From a virus (taxonomy: Duplodnaviria; Caudoviricetes), in IMG/VR virus record IMGVR_UViG_3300038443_002533, positions 1-64,000 of that record: 64,000 bases of DNA, one strand, 5' to 3'. The translations under genes were made by a program, and so were the position numbers. Position 1 is the first letter of the stretch. Every line of letters starts with the position of its first letter. Positions 38,899-46,933 of this stretch are shown piece by piece. The notes beneath the pieces are model-generated. The model had not been told where the DNA came from, did no database searches, and saw only the letters and a list, made by a program, of their open reading frames with translations.

Positions 38899-39455
38899 CA
38901 CGGATCGCCATCATCGGTACGGCTGGGCGGGATAAGACTAAGCCCATGACCCCTGGGTTGTGGCGATGGATGCTGCGCGACGCTTATAGCCGTGTCCCGA
39001 AAGGCGCCCATGTGGGGTCCGGGGGTGCGGCATGGGCTGACCATCTGGCGGTCTCGATGTTCTTGTTCGGCCATGCCGGTGAAATCACCCTGTTTCTCCC
39101 CGCCCCTTTCAAGAATGGTCAATTCGTGGAAGATGGTTGGAAAAGTGCAGGAGCCATCGCGAATTACTACCACCGCCAATTCAGCCGCATCATCGACCGT
39201 GATACCTTGGCCCAAATCGGGGAAGTGATCCGGCAACATTGGGAAGTCGAGAACAGCCCGATTCGGATCGAAGAAGAGCCGTCTTCTCCCACCAGCCGCG
39301 GTATGTTTGCACGCAATGCCAAAGTCGCGCAGATGGAAAAAATGTTAGCGTATACCTTCGGGGAAGGCGATGAGCCTGCTGATGGAGGTACGCTCGATAC
39401 CTGGAACAAATGTCAAGGTGAGAAAACCCACATCACCTTGCCGTACATTTACTAA
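38895..39455 (+). CDS. SLOG superfamily (YspA/cpYpsA-like) nucleotide-binding protein
   Basis: RIAIIGTAGR first strand; signature 'SGGAAWADHLA' (SGGAxGAD-like), 'MFARNAKVA' and 'GGTLDTWN'; GTG start overlapping the previous stop. Confidence 0.75.
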   Translation: MTRIAIIGTAGRDKTKPMTPGLWRWMLRDAYSRVPKGAHVGSGGAAWADHLAVSMFLFGHAGEITLFLPAPFKNGQFVEDGWKSAGAIANYYHRQFSRIIDRDTLAQIGEVIRQHWEVENSPIRIEEEPSSPTSRGMFARNAKVAQMEKMLAYTFGEGDEPADGGTLDTWNKCQGEKTHITLPYIY

Positions 39456-39469
39456 AGGAAGGATACCCG

Positions 39470-39781
39470 ATGCCTTTGTTTGATGATTTGGTTATTCGCG
39501 CTAAGCATATCGACGTAGAGACATCTGCACATGGCGCCATCAAGACCCTCACGATTCATCTGCCGGATGCGACCACCCGCGAACAACTCGCAACGTGTAA
39601 TCGCAATACGACCATCAACGGCATTAAGTTGGTGGATGAATTCGACGACGGTAGTCTCGATGAACATGAGAATCACGCCACCTTCAGCGTGGTGGCTTGT
39701 TTCACTGAATCGGCGCGTAAGAAGAATACGGTCACGCTGATCCTGATCGACCTCAATGTTGTATGGCGGTTGGAAATGTAA
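39470..39781 (+). CDS. Early hypothetical protein (103 aa)
   Basis: AAGGAAGGA SD. Confidence 0.7.
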   Translation: MPLFDDLVIRAKHIDVETSAHGAIKTLTIHLPDATTREQLATCNRNTTINGIKLVDEFDDGSLDEHENHATFSVVACFTESARKKNTVTLILIDLNVVWRLEM

Positions 39782-39787
39782 CAGATT

Positions 39788-39817
39788 CTCAGGTATGGGC
39801 ATCTGCCCATACCTGAG
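39788..39817. repeat. Perfect 14-bp inverted repeat
   Basis: CTCAGGTATGGGCA-TC-TGCCCATACCTGAG; no U-tract. Confidence 0.85.
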
Positions 39818-39929
39818 GAATGTTTCGATATGGCGCTAGAATTTTTCAAAACCATATAACAGTGGTGAATAGGAAAAGGAATACCTCCTTTATCCCCCTT
39901 GATAACTAACAACTTTAAAAGGATTCATC

Positions 39930-40286
39930 ATGAACTTCATCAAAAATCTGTGGAACAAAGTCAAGTCGTTCTTCTCGAATATGTTCAGCCGCAAAGCTGA
40001 AGCCAAGATCGAGACCGTCACTACCCCGGCAGCAGTGGCTCCGGTTGCCGCTACCCCGGTCGAGTCCGTTACCGCTGAAGTCGCGGCTGACGACAACACT
40101 GCTAAAGAAGCCCGCATCACTGAGCTTTTCAACAGCATCATGGGTCTGGCCAAGTTCCGTAACTATTCGCTGACCGAAGCCTTCCATGCTGCTCGTGAAG
40201 GTGATGAAGCGACCCTGGCGCGCATCGAACACGAAATGAACATCAAGAAGTACAAAGCTCCGAAGCACAACCGCAAAGCTGCTTAA
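39930..40286 (+). CDS. Amphipathic-N-terminus array gene 1 (118 aa)
   Basis: MNFIKNLWNKVKSFFSNMF; AACTAACAAC/AAAAGGA leader. Confidence 0.85.
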   Translation: MNFIKNLWNKVKSFFSNMFSRKAEAKIETVTTPAAVAPVAATPVESVTAEVAADDNTAKEARITELFNSIMGLAKFRNYSLTEAFHAAREGDEATLARIEHEMNIKKYKAPKHNRKAA

Positions 40287-40331
40287 TCTTTCCCCGCCGT
40301 CCAATCCATAACTAACAACAAGGATATCATC

Positions 40332-40733
40332 ATGTTTGCTTTTCTGAAGAATCTGTACAACCGCCTGGTCGATCGCTTGGCTTGGGCTCACACCAAGATC
40401 ACCCGTTACGCGGTCCGCCTCGCCATTCGCGCTAACGGACTCGACTTTGATCGTCGCACCGGAAAAGGTGGGGTGCCTTTCATCGTGACGTTTGCTCAAC
40501 GCGCCGCTGGCTTTCTGTTGTATGTTCTCGGTTTCGTCGTATGTGTGCTGGTCCCCACGTTCTTGATGACTTACGTGGTAACGACTTTGGTGTCGTTGCT
40601 GCTGGGTCAAGTCATCGGTGGCGTGATTGGCTTCCTGATCGGTTCGGCTTTCGGTATCGATCTGGTGTTTGTGACCCAGCGCGTTGAGCGCACCCTGCGT
40701 GAACTGAATGCACAATTCGGCTACGCCGCTTAA
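40332..40733 (+). CDS. Array gene 2, membrane protein (133 aa)
   Basis: MFAFLKNLYNRLVDRLAW plus two long hydrophobic segments. Confidence 0.85.
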   Translation: MFAFLKNLYNRLVDRLAWAHTKITRYAVRLAIRANGLDFDRRTGKGGVPFIVTFAQRAAGFLLYVLGFVVCVLVPTFLMTYVVTTLVSLLLGQVIGGVIGFLIGSAFGIDLVFVTQRVERTLRELNAQFGYAA

Positions 40734-40763
40734 TCTTCTTACAATTAACAACAAGGATCAATC

Positions 40764-41249
40764 ATGAACTACCTCCGCAATCTCTGGGCCGGCATCAAAG
40801 CATTCTTCTCGCGTATCTTCGGCAAGAAAACCCGCCCGGTTGAAGTGTATGAATCGAAAGATGAAGCACCGAAAGAAGTCAAGGTGTTCGATACGACGCT
40901 GGCCTTCGAAGCCGCTTACAACGAGGCCGAAGAAATCGAATACAAGGCTGAGTGGAACAACGGCACCGGTTACTACGACCACGCAGCTGAAGGCAACCAT
41001 GCTCCGAAGCTGGAAGTCGGCCAAATCGTCAAAGCCCATAGCCCGTACCCAAACAACCGCAAGTTGCTGATTGTCGGTACCGAACTGGGTAATGTCGTGA
41101 TCTTCGAACGTTACACGGCCGGCGCCCATGGCGTTTATGTGTGGAATGCAGCCGCTCAGTTCGAACGCGCTTACGGCGATAAGTTGGAGCGTCCGCTGAC
41201 GGCTGGTAACATCCGCTTCATCCTGAGCCTGGCCAAAGTCCCGGCTTAA
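40764..41249 (+). CDS. Array gene 3, soluble domain behind an amphipathic helix (161 aa)
   Basis: MNYLRNLWAGIKAFFSRIF; domain related to the 44991-45728 product. Confidence 0.85.
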   Translation: MNYLRNLWAGIKAFFSRIFGKKTRPVEVYESKDEAPKEVKVFDTTLAFEAAYNEAEEIEYKAEWNNGTGYYDHAAEGNHAPKLEVGQIVKAHSPYPNNRKLLIVGTELGNVVIFERYTAGAHGVYVWNAAAQFERAYGDKLERPLTAGNIRFILSLAKVPA

Positions 41250-41291
41250 TCCATTCGTAGCCCAATCTCGAACTAACAACAAGGAACTATC

Positions 41292-41702
41292 ATGAACCAA
41301 TTCTTCACCCGCATCTGGAACCACATCAAAGACGGCTACTGCTTCGCTCGCGATTACATCGCCAACAAAGTCGCCAAGATCGATCTGTACGGCGATCGTC
41401 TGATCGCACAAGCCGTAGCGGAGGACAGCTTCACCAAGCGTCTGCAAGGCATGCTGTGCAAAGTCGCCGCCTTCGTTCTGGCTTTCTTCACGGCCTTCAC
41501 CGCCGGTTACATCATCGGCATGGTGTTCGGTCTGCTGCTCGGCCCGATCCTGGGCTTGATCGCCATCCCGCTGGCTTACATGGTCGGTGAAGATTTCGGC
41601 AGCGCCATCACCCGCGCTCAGCTGAAGATCCGTATCGCTAATCTGTTCGCCAAAGAAGTGCGCGTGACGGAAGTCGAAGACATCGCTTTCGCGGCCGCCT
41701 AA
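41292..41702 (+). CDS. Array gene 4, membrane protein (136 aa)
   Basis: MNQFFTRIWNHIKDGY plus a hydrophobic hairpin. Confidence 0.85.
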   Translation: MNQFFTRIWNHIKDGYCFARDYIANKVAKIDLYGDRLIAQAVAEDSFTKRLQGMLCKVAAFVLAFFTAFTAGYIIGMVFGLLLGPILGLIAIPLAYMVGEDFGSAITRAQLKIRIANLFAKEVRVTEVEDIAFAAA

Positions 41703-41746
41703 ACAACACGGGGAACTCCGGTTCCCCATCTTTAAGGAATCTCTTC

Positions 41747-42112
41747 ATGAACTTCATCAAGAAATGGTACAAGCGCATCGTCGGTTGGCTGGCTGCCCCG
41801 ATCGCGCAAGCCATGGATTTGGTTGCCGAGTATACGGCACCGCTCATCGCTGTCACTAACGGCATCAAGATCGACTGGTCCTGGCGTCTGCTCGGTCGTC
41901 TGTGCCTGGCGGGTCTGGTGTTGTTGGGCGCGATGATCTACGTCGCCTTTGGCATTATCCTGTCCATCGCCGGCCTGACTCTGCTGTTCGGCTTACTGCT
42001 GAACCCACTGGTGGCTAACATCCTCGCCCTGATGGGCGTGGGCTATGTGGCGTACGACGTGGTCAAAGCAATCGATGTTCAGCGCGCCGATGTCGCCGCT
42101 GAGCCCACTTAA
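41747..42112 (+). CDS. Array gene 5, membrane protein (121 aa)
   Basis: MNFIKKWYKRIVGWL plus 2-3 hydrophobic segments. Confidence 0.85.
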   Translation: MNFIKKWYKRIVGWLAAPIAQAMDLVAEYTAPLIAVTNGIKIDWSWRLLGRLCLAGLVLLGAMIYVAFGIILSIAGLTLLFGLLLNPLVANILALMGVGYVAYDVVKAIDVQRADVAAEPT

Positions 42113-42130
42113 TTCCTCAAGGATAGCAAC

Positions 42131-42493
42131 ATGGACTTCATCAAGAAACTCATCATGGGTGCGGCGAAACTTGCATACGGCATCTTCATCGCTCCGATCG
42201 TCGAACTGAAGAACCTTCTCAAGAAAACCGCTGCCGAGAAAGTGCTGACGGTACTGAACGCTGCGTCGCGGGTGATCATCCTCGCTTCGTGGTTCACCGC
42301 TGTGCCGGCATTGCTGGTCACCCTGGCCTGGGTGTGGTTCTGGATCTCGTTGGTCTTCGCGTTCGTCTGCCTGGGCTTTGCCATCGCCGGCGGTGGTCTG
42401 GGCATGGCGCTGGTCATGGCTGCGATCAAAGCCCGCACCGAACAAGACGTCGAAGCACCCGTGGCTGACATCGCTGAACCGGTCTTCGCCTAA
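42131..42493 (+). CDS. Array gene 6, membrane protein (120 aa)
   Basis: MDFIKKLIMGAAKLAY plus a hydrophobic hairpin. Confidence 0.85.
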   Translation: MDFIKKLIMGAAKLAYGIFIAPIVELKNLLKKTAAEKVLTVLNAASRVIILASWFTAVPALLVTLAWVWFWISLVFAFVCLGFAIAGGGLGMALVMAAIKARTEQDVEAPVADIAEPVFA

Positions 42494-42499
42494 AGCATC

Positions 42500-42772
42500 A
42501 TGCGGCACTTTCTGAAAACCTTAGCCCAAGCCATCTACCGTCACACGGTGGGTGGCCTGGTGCGGTTATGCCGTCATACGCAGACTGCTTGCGTGGATGA
42601 AGAAGACAAACGGTACGTGGGACGCCTCGTGCTGTACAGTGCTTTCTGCCTCTGCGCGTGGTGGTTTCCCGGCGCGGCAGCGATTCTGCTGACGTTACGC
42701 ATCATGGCTTTCGGTGATTTCCTCACCATCGTCAGTAACATTTATCAACAAACGGCCAACGCCTACACCTGA
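42500..42772 (+). CDS. Array gene 7, membrane protein (90 aa)
   Basis: MRHFLKTLAQAIYRH plus a hydrophobic C-terminal half. Confidence 0.7.
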   Translation: MRHFLKTLAQAIYRHTVGGLVRLCRHTQTACVDEEDKRYVGRLVLYSAFCLCAWWFPGAAAILLTLRIMAFGDFLTIVSNIYQQTANAYT

Positions 42773-42811
42773 CTTCAGGGGTGGGCAGTTGTCCACCTTT
42801 CTGGAGTGATC

Positions 42812-43111
42812 ATGCGGAAGCTGTTTGGTTTCATCAAGCATTTGTTCTTCGCAGCGAAAGTCATCGTCGGTGCCGTTGTGGCGCCGGTGGTGTCTCTGGT
42901 TGCGACCACCCTGCAAGCTAAGCCGATCAGCTTAGGTCAGCTGACCTTTGCGTTCTGGCGGCTGTTGGTGTGGCTGTTCTTCGTCCTGTGTGCCACGACC
43001 TCGGTCGGCGTGCCTCCCCTGATCGCCCTGCTGTTCTTGGCAGATCTGGCAATCGTCGGGGTGCAAATCGTCGGTGGCGTGGTACTTCAACTTAAGGAGT
43101 CACCAGCATGA
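42812..43111 (+). CDS. Array gene 8, membrane protein (99 aa)
   Basis: MRKLFGFIKHLFFAAKV; GGAG SD; very hydrophobic. Confidence 0.8.
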   Translation: MRKLFGFIKHLFFAAKVIVGAVVAPVVSLVATTLQAKPISLGQLTFAFWRLLVWLFFVLCATTSVGVPPLIALLFLADLAIVGVQIVGGVVLQLKESPA

Positions 43112-43464
43112 ACCAATTCATCGACACCCTCTCGGTGTTCATCGGCAACATCCTGCGCCTGAAGCCCACGGGTTGGCAGGAAGCCCGTCGCGTGGCAGCC
43201 CAGATGCGGCAAACCCGTCTCGAATTCAAACCGTCCAAAGTGGTGATCGACGGCGAAGAAACGGATGTGGTGGCACCGCATTCCCCGCTCGCGTATCTGG
43301 GCGAAGCAGTCCTCGACGCGCTGGGTTTCGTCGGCGTCGTCTGGCTGATCCACAAAATCGTGATGGGGTTCCTCGTCGCATTGCCATGGTTGTTGGTGAT
43401 CGCGGCGCTCGGTCTCATCCTCCGGGCCAGCGGGAGTAAGTCGCCCGAACCCCAGGTATCGTGA
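43108..43464 (+). CDS. Array gene 9, membrane protein (118 aa)
   Basis: MNQFIDTLSVFIGNIL; AAGGAG SD; C-terminal hydrophobic hairpin. Confidence 0.8.
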   Translation: MNQFIDTLSVFIGNILRLKPTGWQEARRVAAQMRQTRLEFKPSKVVIDGEETDVVAPHSPLAYLGEAVLDALGFVGVVWLIHKIVMGFLVALPWLLVIAALGLILRASGSKSPEPQVS

Positions 43465-43517
43465 ATCTCATTCAAGTCAATCAACGTACTTATCAAGTCA
43501 ATAAAAGGAAACGAATC

Positions 43518-44225
43518 ATGCAATCCATCAATCAAGCCAAAGAAGCCACCCGTCAACCGTCGGCCAAGGAACTGAACCACTCGTTCACCGTGGTCAAAAG
43601 CCAGCTCACTGAGCTGCGCAAAAAGCTCCACACCGCCCAAGGTGAAGAGCGCCGCAACATCGAGTGCGAAATCACCACGCTGCTCAAGTCGATCGGCCTG
43701 GAACACGTCGAACTCGAAGTGCGCACCGACGGCGCCCCGGAAGCCGACACCACCAGCATCGGTGCCAAGATCGCCGTGGCGCTCCAGGACGCTACGACGG
43801 AAGCGGCCAAGCACGTCCCCGAGACCGCGTCGAGCGACGCTGCCGCTGCTCAACCCGGCCTGTGGGCCCGCTTCAAGGCCTGGGTCAGTGCGAACAAAAA
43901 GAAGACCATCGCCGGTGGTCTGGCCGTACTCACCGGCGCTGCCGGCCTGTGGCTCTGGCTGCGTGGTAAAAATATCAGCACTGCTGTATCGTCTGTGTCC
44001 GGCATGACGGAAGTGCCGAGCACCGACACGCTCCCGCTCCCAGCGGAAACCAGCGACGCATCGATCTTCGCTCGCGCTGGCGAGTGGATCGTGCACGCCG
44101 CCGGCGTCGTCAAAACCTGGGGGATCTCGGCCTGGAACTGGGTCAAAGGTCTGTTTAACCGCACCACCACCGCAACGGAGGTAACTGTTGAAAGCGCACC
44201 TGAAGCTGTTCCCGCTGGCGCCTAA
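43518..44225 (+). CDS. Array gene 10, coiled-coil plus single-TM protein with internal amphipathic helices (235 aa)
   Basis: AAAAGGA SD at ATG 43518; TM IAGGLAVLTGAAGLWLWL; Trp-rich helices GLWARFKAWV and ISAWNWVKGLF. Confidence 0.8.
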   Translation: MQSINQAKEATRQPSAKELNHSFTVVKSQLTELRKKLHTAQGEERRNIECEITTLLKSIGLEHVELEVRTDGAPEADTTSIGAKIAVALQDATTEAAKHVPETASSDAAAAQPGLWARFKAWVSANKKKTIAGGLAVLTGAAGLWLWLRGKNISTAVSSVSGMTEVPSTDTLPLPAETSDASIFARAGEWIVHAAGVVKTWGISAWNWVKGLFNRTTTATEVTVESAPEAVPAGA

Positions 44226-44325
44226 GGCGATCCAGCATCCGACCGTCGGCCAAGTGCTGGGGTCACTGCTCATCGCGGCTGCTTTGTTTGTTGGCACGAA
44301 CGTGTTGGCGGGCAATTTTAGCTAA
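44188..44325 (+). CDS. Unannotated 45-aa hydrophobic peptide (array gene 11)
   Basis: GGAGG SD (44177-44181) 6 nt before TTG; MKAHLKLFPLAPKAIQHPTVGQVLGSLLIAAALFVGTNVLAGNFS; ends just before the terminator. Confidence 0.55.
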   Translation: MKAHLKLFPLAPKAIQHPTVGQVLGSLLIAAALFVGTNVLAGNFS

Positions 44326-44339
44326 GCTGTCGACCGATA

Positions 44340-44380
44340 GGGAGTGGGTTATCCCCACTCCCTCCGGTTGTTTGTTTTTT
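44340..44380 (+). terminator. Rho-independent terminator ending the array
   Basis: GGGAGTGGG-TTATC-CCCACTCCC followed by a T-rich run. Confidence 0.75.
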
Positions 44381-44406
44381 GCCCATAAAACACAAAGGGA
44401 TAGTCT

Positions 44407-44634
44407 GTGACTTTTATTAAACTGAAAGAGCAAATCGAGCTGTTACGATTGCGTCGACAAGCATCGCGCATCGCCGTGCGGTTGTATGAGGCGGCGACTG
44501 GCCAGGAAGACATTGACACGATCAATACCTGGTTTGACGTCTGTAATCAAGCCCAGACTGGCGAAGATGTAAAAGCCGGCATTGAAGCGTTAATGGGTTT
44601 GGCTCGCAACAAAGATATCACCATTGATCTGTAG
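44407..44634 (+). CDS. Hypothetical protein (75 aa)
   Basis: AAAGGGA SD, GTG start, helical composition. Confidence 0.65.
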   Translation: MTFIKLKEQIELLRLRRQASRIAVRLYEAATGQEDIDTINTWFDVCNQAQTGEDVKAGIEALMGLARNKDITIDL

Positions 44635-44653
44635 CGCTTGGCGTTATAGGTAA

Positions 44654-44935
44654 ATGGATGGAATTTACCTATACCACTATTTTGGATCGCTTATGCTGCC
44701 CATCATCATTGCCGGGTTGTTATTGTGGGTGGTGCGTCCCCGTACCAGCCCGGCCGCTACCTCGTCTGCCCCAGTCTCCCCACGGACTTTTCTCAAATCG
44801 CTGATTCCGGTGCGTCTGCGTTCGCGTCCGAAACGCAAAGAGAAATTGATCGATCTGATCGAGTATTACCACCTGTCTCCTTTGATTCATTCCAGAGAGG
44901 ATTCATCCATAAAAAATATTCCTTCCAGGGAATAA
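44654..44935 (+). CDS. Possible single-TM protein (93 aa)
   Basis: TAGG SD; N-terminal hydrophobic stretch followed by basic residues; atypical codon use. Confidence 0.45.
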   Translation: MDGIYLYHYFGSLMLPIIIAGLLLWVVRPRTSPAATSSAPVSPRTFLKSLIPVRLRSRPKRKEKLIDLIEYYHLSPLIHSREDSSIKNIPSRE

Positions 44936-44990
44936 GTTGTACAGTAACAACCTTGTCGATAACTCCATACCAACAAAGAAAGGGATCACC

Positions 44991-45728
44991 ATGCAACCGT
45001 CTTACATCAACGAACAGCGCACCATCGAAGGTTTCTTCAATGCGTATGAAAACGCTGAGGTCACGATCGCCTTCCGCACCCACTTCATGGCGCGTGAACG
45101 CATCGGCCGCGAAGCCAACTTCATGCCGATCGTCGACCACCCGGAAGGGCGTGTGGTCCTGAAGCCGGGCGAGATCGCCAAGATCCATGCCAAGCACCCG
45201 GACGAAAACAAGCAGTTCCTGAACAACCTGATCCTGGTGATGGGTACGCCCTACGGGGTGGTGGTGTTCCACGCCACCGAGAAGAACTTCGCCCGTGCCA
45301 AGAACGGCAAAGTCAATGGCGTGCTGCCGCACATGCACACCACGATCAACTTCACCAAGATGGCGATGCGCGTGTTCAAGCGCAAAGGCTGGCGTGGCTT
45401 CCTGGGTGACTTCGACATGAAGAACTGGGTGTTCTCGCCGACCTTCCAAGCCGATATGGATGAGCAGGTCGCCATCGACCGGCAAGCCGAACTGGAACGG
45501 TCGCGGCTGCACTACGAGGAAACCGGCGAAGGCAAATCGTTCGCCGGCACCATCGTGACTGACGGCCTGCCACCGCGTCGCCGCGCCCAGCACCCGACCA
45601 CCAAGTCGACGCAACCGCGCCTGACCTCCCATGATGTGAAGGAGAAGAATCCGTTCTTCAAGAAAAGCGACGTGGCTCCACCGCGCCGCCAACCTGGTCT
45701 GCACGCCGGCGGTTATCCGGCAGACTAA
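44991..45728 (+). CDS. Hypothetical protein sharing a domain with array gene 3 (245 aa)
   Basis: AAAGGGA SD at ATG 44991; strong codon bias. Confidence 0.8.
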   Translation: MQPSYINEQRTIEGFFNAYENAEVTIAFRTHFMARERIGREANFMPIVDHPEGRVVLKPGEIAKIHAKHPDENKQFLNNLILVMGTPYGVVVFHATEKNFARAKNGKVNGVLPHMHTTINFTKMAMRVFKRKGWRGFLGDFDMKNWVFSPTFQADMDEQVAIDRQAELERSRLHYEETGEGKSFAGTIVTDGLPPRRRAQHPTTKSTQPRLTSHDVKEKNPFFKKSDVAPPRRQPGLHAGGYPAD

Positions 45729-45745
45729 CCTCATGAGGAGTTATC

Positions 45746-45967
45746 ATGGCACGCTCTCAGAAACAATCGATTTCCGCTGATTCCATGCGGGATGAAGTTA
45801 ATCTCTACCTCGGTCAAGGGCAGCGTGAACTCGCCATCCGCCACTACCAGGAGAAATGTTCGTGTTCCATCGAGAGTGCTGTGATCTTCGTCAACCAAGT
45901 CTCTTCGGATCGTTTGCGTGCCCAACGTGAACAACTCCAAAAGACGCGTGAGCTGCATCTGGCTTAA
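45746..45967 (+). CDS. Ribosomal bL12 (L7/L12) C-terminal-like small protein (73 aa)
   Basis: RELAIRHYQEKCSCSIESAVIFVN resembles the KI.AIK.yRE.tG.gL.EAK..V pattern; GAGGAG SD. Confidence 0.45.
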   Translation: MARSQKQSISADSMRDEVNLYLGQGQRELAIRHYQEKCSCSIESAVIFVNQVSSDRLRAQREQLQKTRELHLA

Positions 45968-45975
45968 ATAGCTAA

Positions 45976-46003
45976 CCCTCCCTACCCGCGAGGGTAGGGA
46001 GGG
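45976..46003. terminator. Bidirectional hairpin between convergent genes
   Basis: CCCTCCCTACCC-GCGA-GGGTAGGGAGGG, then CGCTATGCGCTTTCTTTT. Confidence 0.8.
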
Positions 46004-46025
46004 CGCTATGCGCTTTCTTTTTTGG

Positions 46026-46835
46026 TTACCGATTACCACCAATCATGAGCGACATGTAACGCCGCATCGATTCCGGATCGTTCATGAACGCGACCTTGGC
46101 CCACTTCTCCGCCAGGTGCTCTTGGTACATCTGTTCTGCGTCAGCGTAGCTGTCGATGATCTCTTTGATCTTACCGACTTGCACACCCGCACGCAGTTCA
46201 CCGATATCGAGCTTGATGACGTAGCTGTTGTAGATGTAGGCTTTGACCGCCAACTCTACCAGACGCGCGAACACCAAATAGCTGCGGGCTTGGATGTTGG
46301 AGAGGTTTTCTTCATTCTCCAGCGAGCAGCGCAGGTACAGGTTATTGGGCAGGATGATCGAGTCTTGCACCATCACCACGTTTTCGCCGATGAGTTCGAC
46401 CTTGGTGGTGCCGACGTGGGGCGTGCGGATCTGGGCTTCCATCGCTGCATTGGCCAGTTGGAGTGCTGGGCTCGTGCGGCTGTAAGAATATACCCCGTAG
46501 CCAGATTGGGTGTTATACAGGTCCCCGTAGGTCACGTCGAAGACGCTCAGGATCGAGCGGCCATCGGTCATGGATTTGGGGATACGAAATACGGTGGTGT
46601 AACCGTCATCAACCGTTTCACTCGGCAAGCCCGACAGATCGATACGGGTCTCGACACCGCTGACCAGATTGCAGTCCACCAATACCCGCGGTTGCAACAC
46701 GAGGCAACGGATGCGTTCTTTGATATCGCTGGGTAGATCGCGGTATTGTTGATACGGTTCGAGAAACACCACCTTCAGGATCTCACGCGGGATTCGGAAC
46801 ATCATCTCGTCGAGAGCTTTGGTGATCGGATTCAT
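46026..46835 (-). CDS. Conserved jumbo-phage hypothetical protein, probably late/structural (269 aa)
   Basis: AGGAG SD; isolated minus-strand gene in the early block. Confidence 0.75.
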   Translation of the reverse strand: MNPITKALDEMMFRIPREILKVVFLEPYQQYRDLPSDIKERIRCLVLQPRVLVDCNLVSGVETRIDLSGLPSETVDDGYTTVFRIPKSMTDGRSILSVFDVTYGDLYNTQSGYGVYSYSRTSPALQLANAAMEAQIRTPHVGTTKVELIGENVVMVQDSIILPNNLYLRCSLENEENLSNIQARSYLVFARLVELAVKAYIYNSYVIKLDIGELRAGVQVGKIKEIIDSYADAEQMYQEHLAEKWAKVAFMNDPESMRRYMSLMIGGNR

Positions 46836-46848
46836 TCAATGCTCCTAG

Positions 46849-46869
46849 AAAATTACAGTGCTATATTAC
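46849..46869 (+). promoter_or_regulatory. Early promoter (TATATTAC)
   Basis: AAAATTACAGTGCTATATTAC; matches the phiKZ early consensus. Confidence 0.75.
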
Positions 46870-46933
46870 TACATTGACGTTAGTACATAGCATCTTCGCA
46901 TTTTCCTCTAACTAACAACAGAAAGGCAACACC

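Larger units (their letters stand above)
36734..46919 (+). repeat. Dispersed AACTAACAAC leader motif just upstream of SD sequences
   Basis: Exact copies at 36734, 36991, 39904, 40310, 41271 and 46910; variant AATTAACAAC at 40743. Confidence 0.85.
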
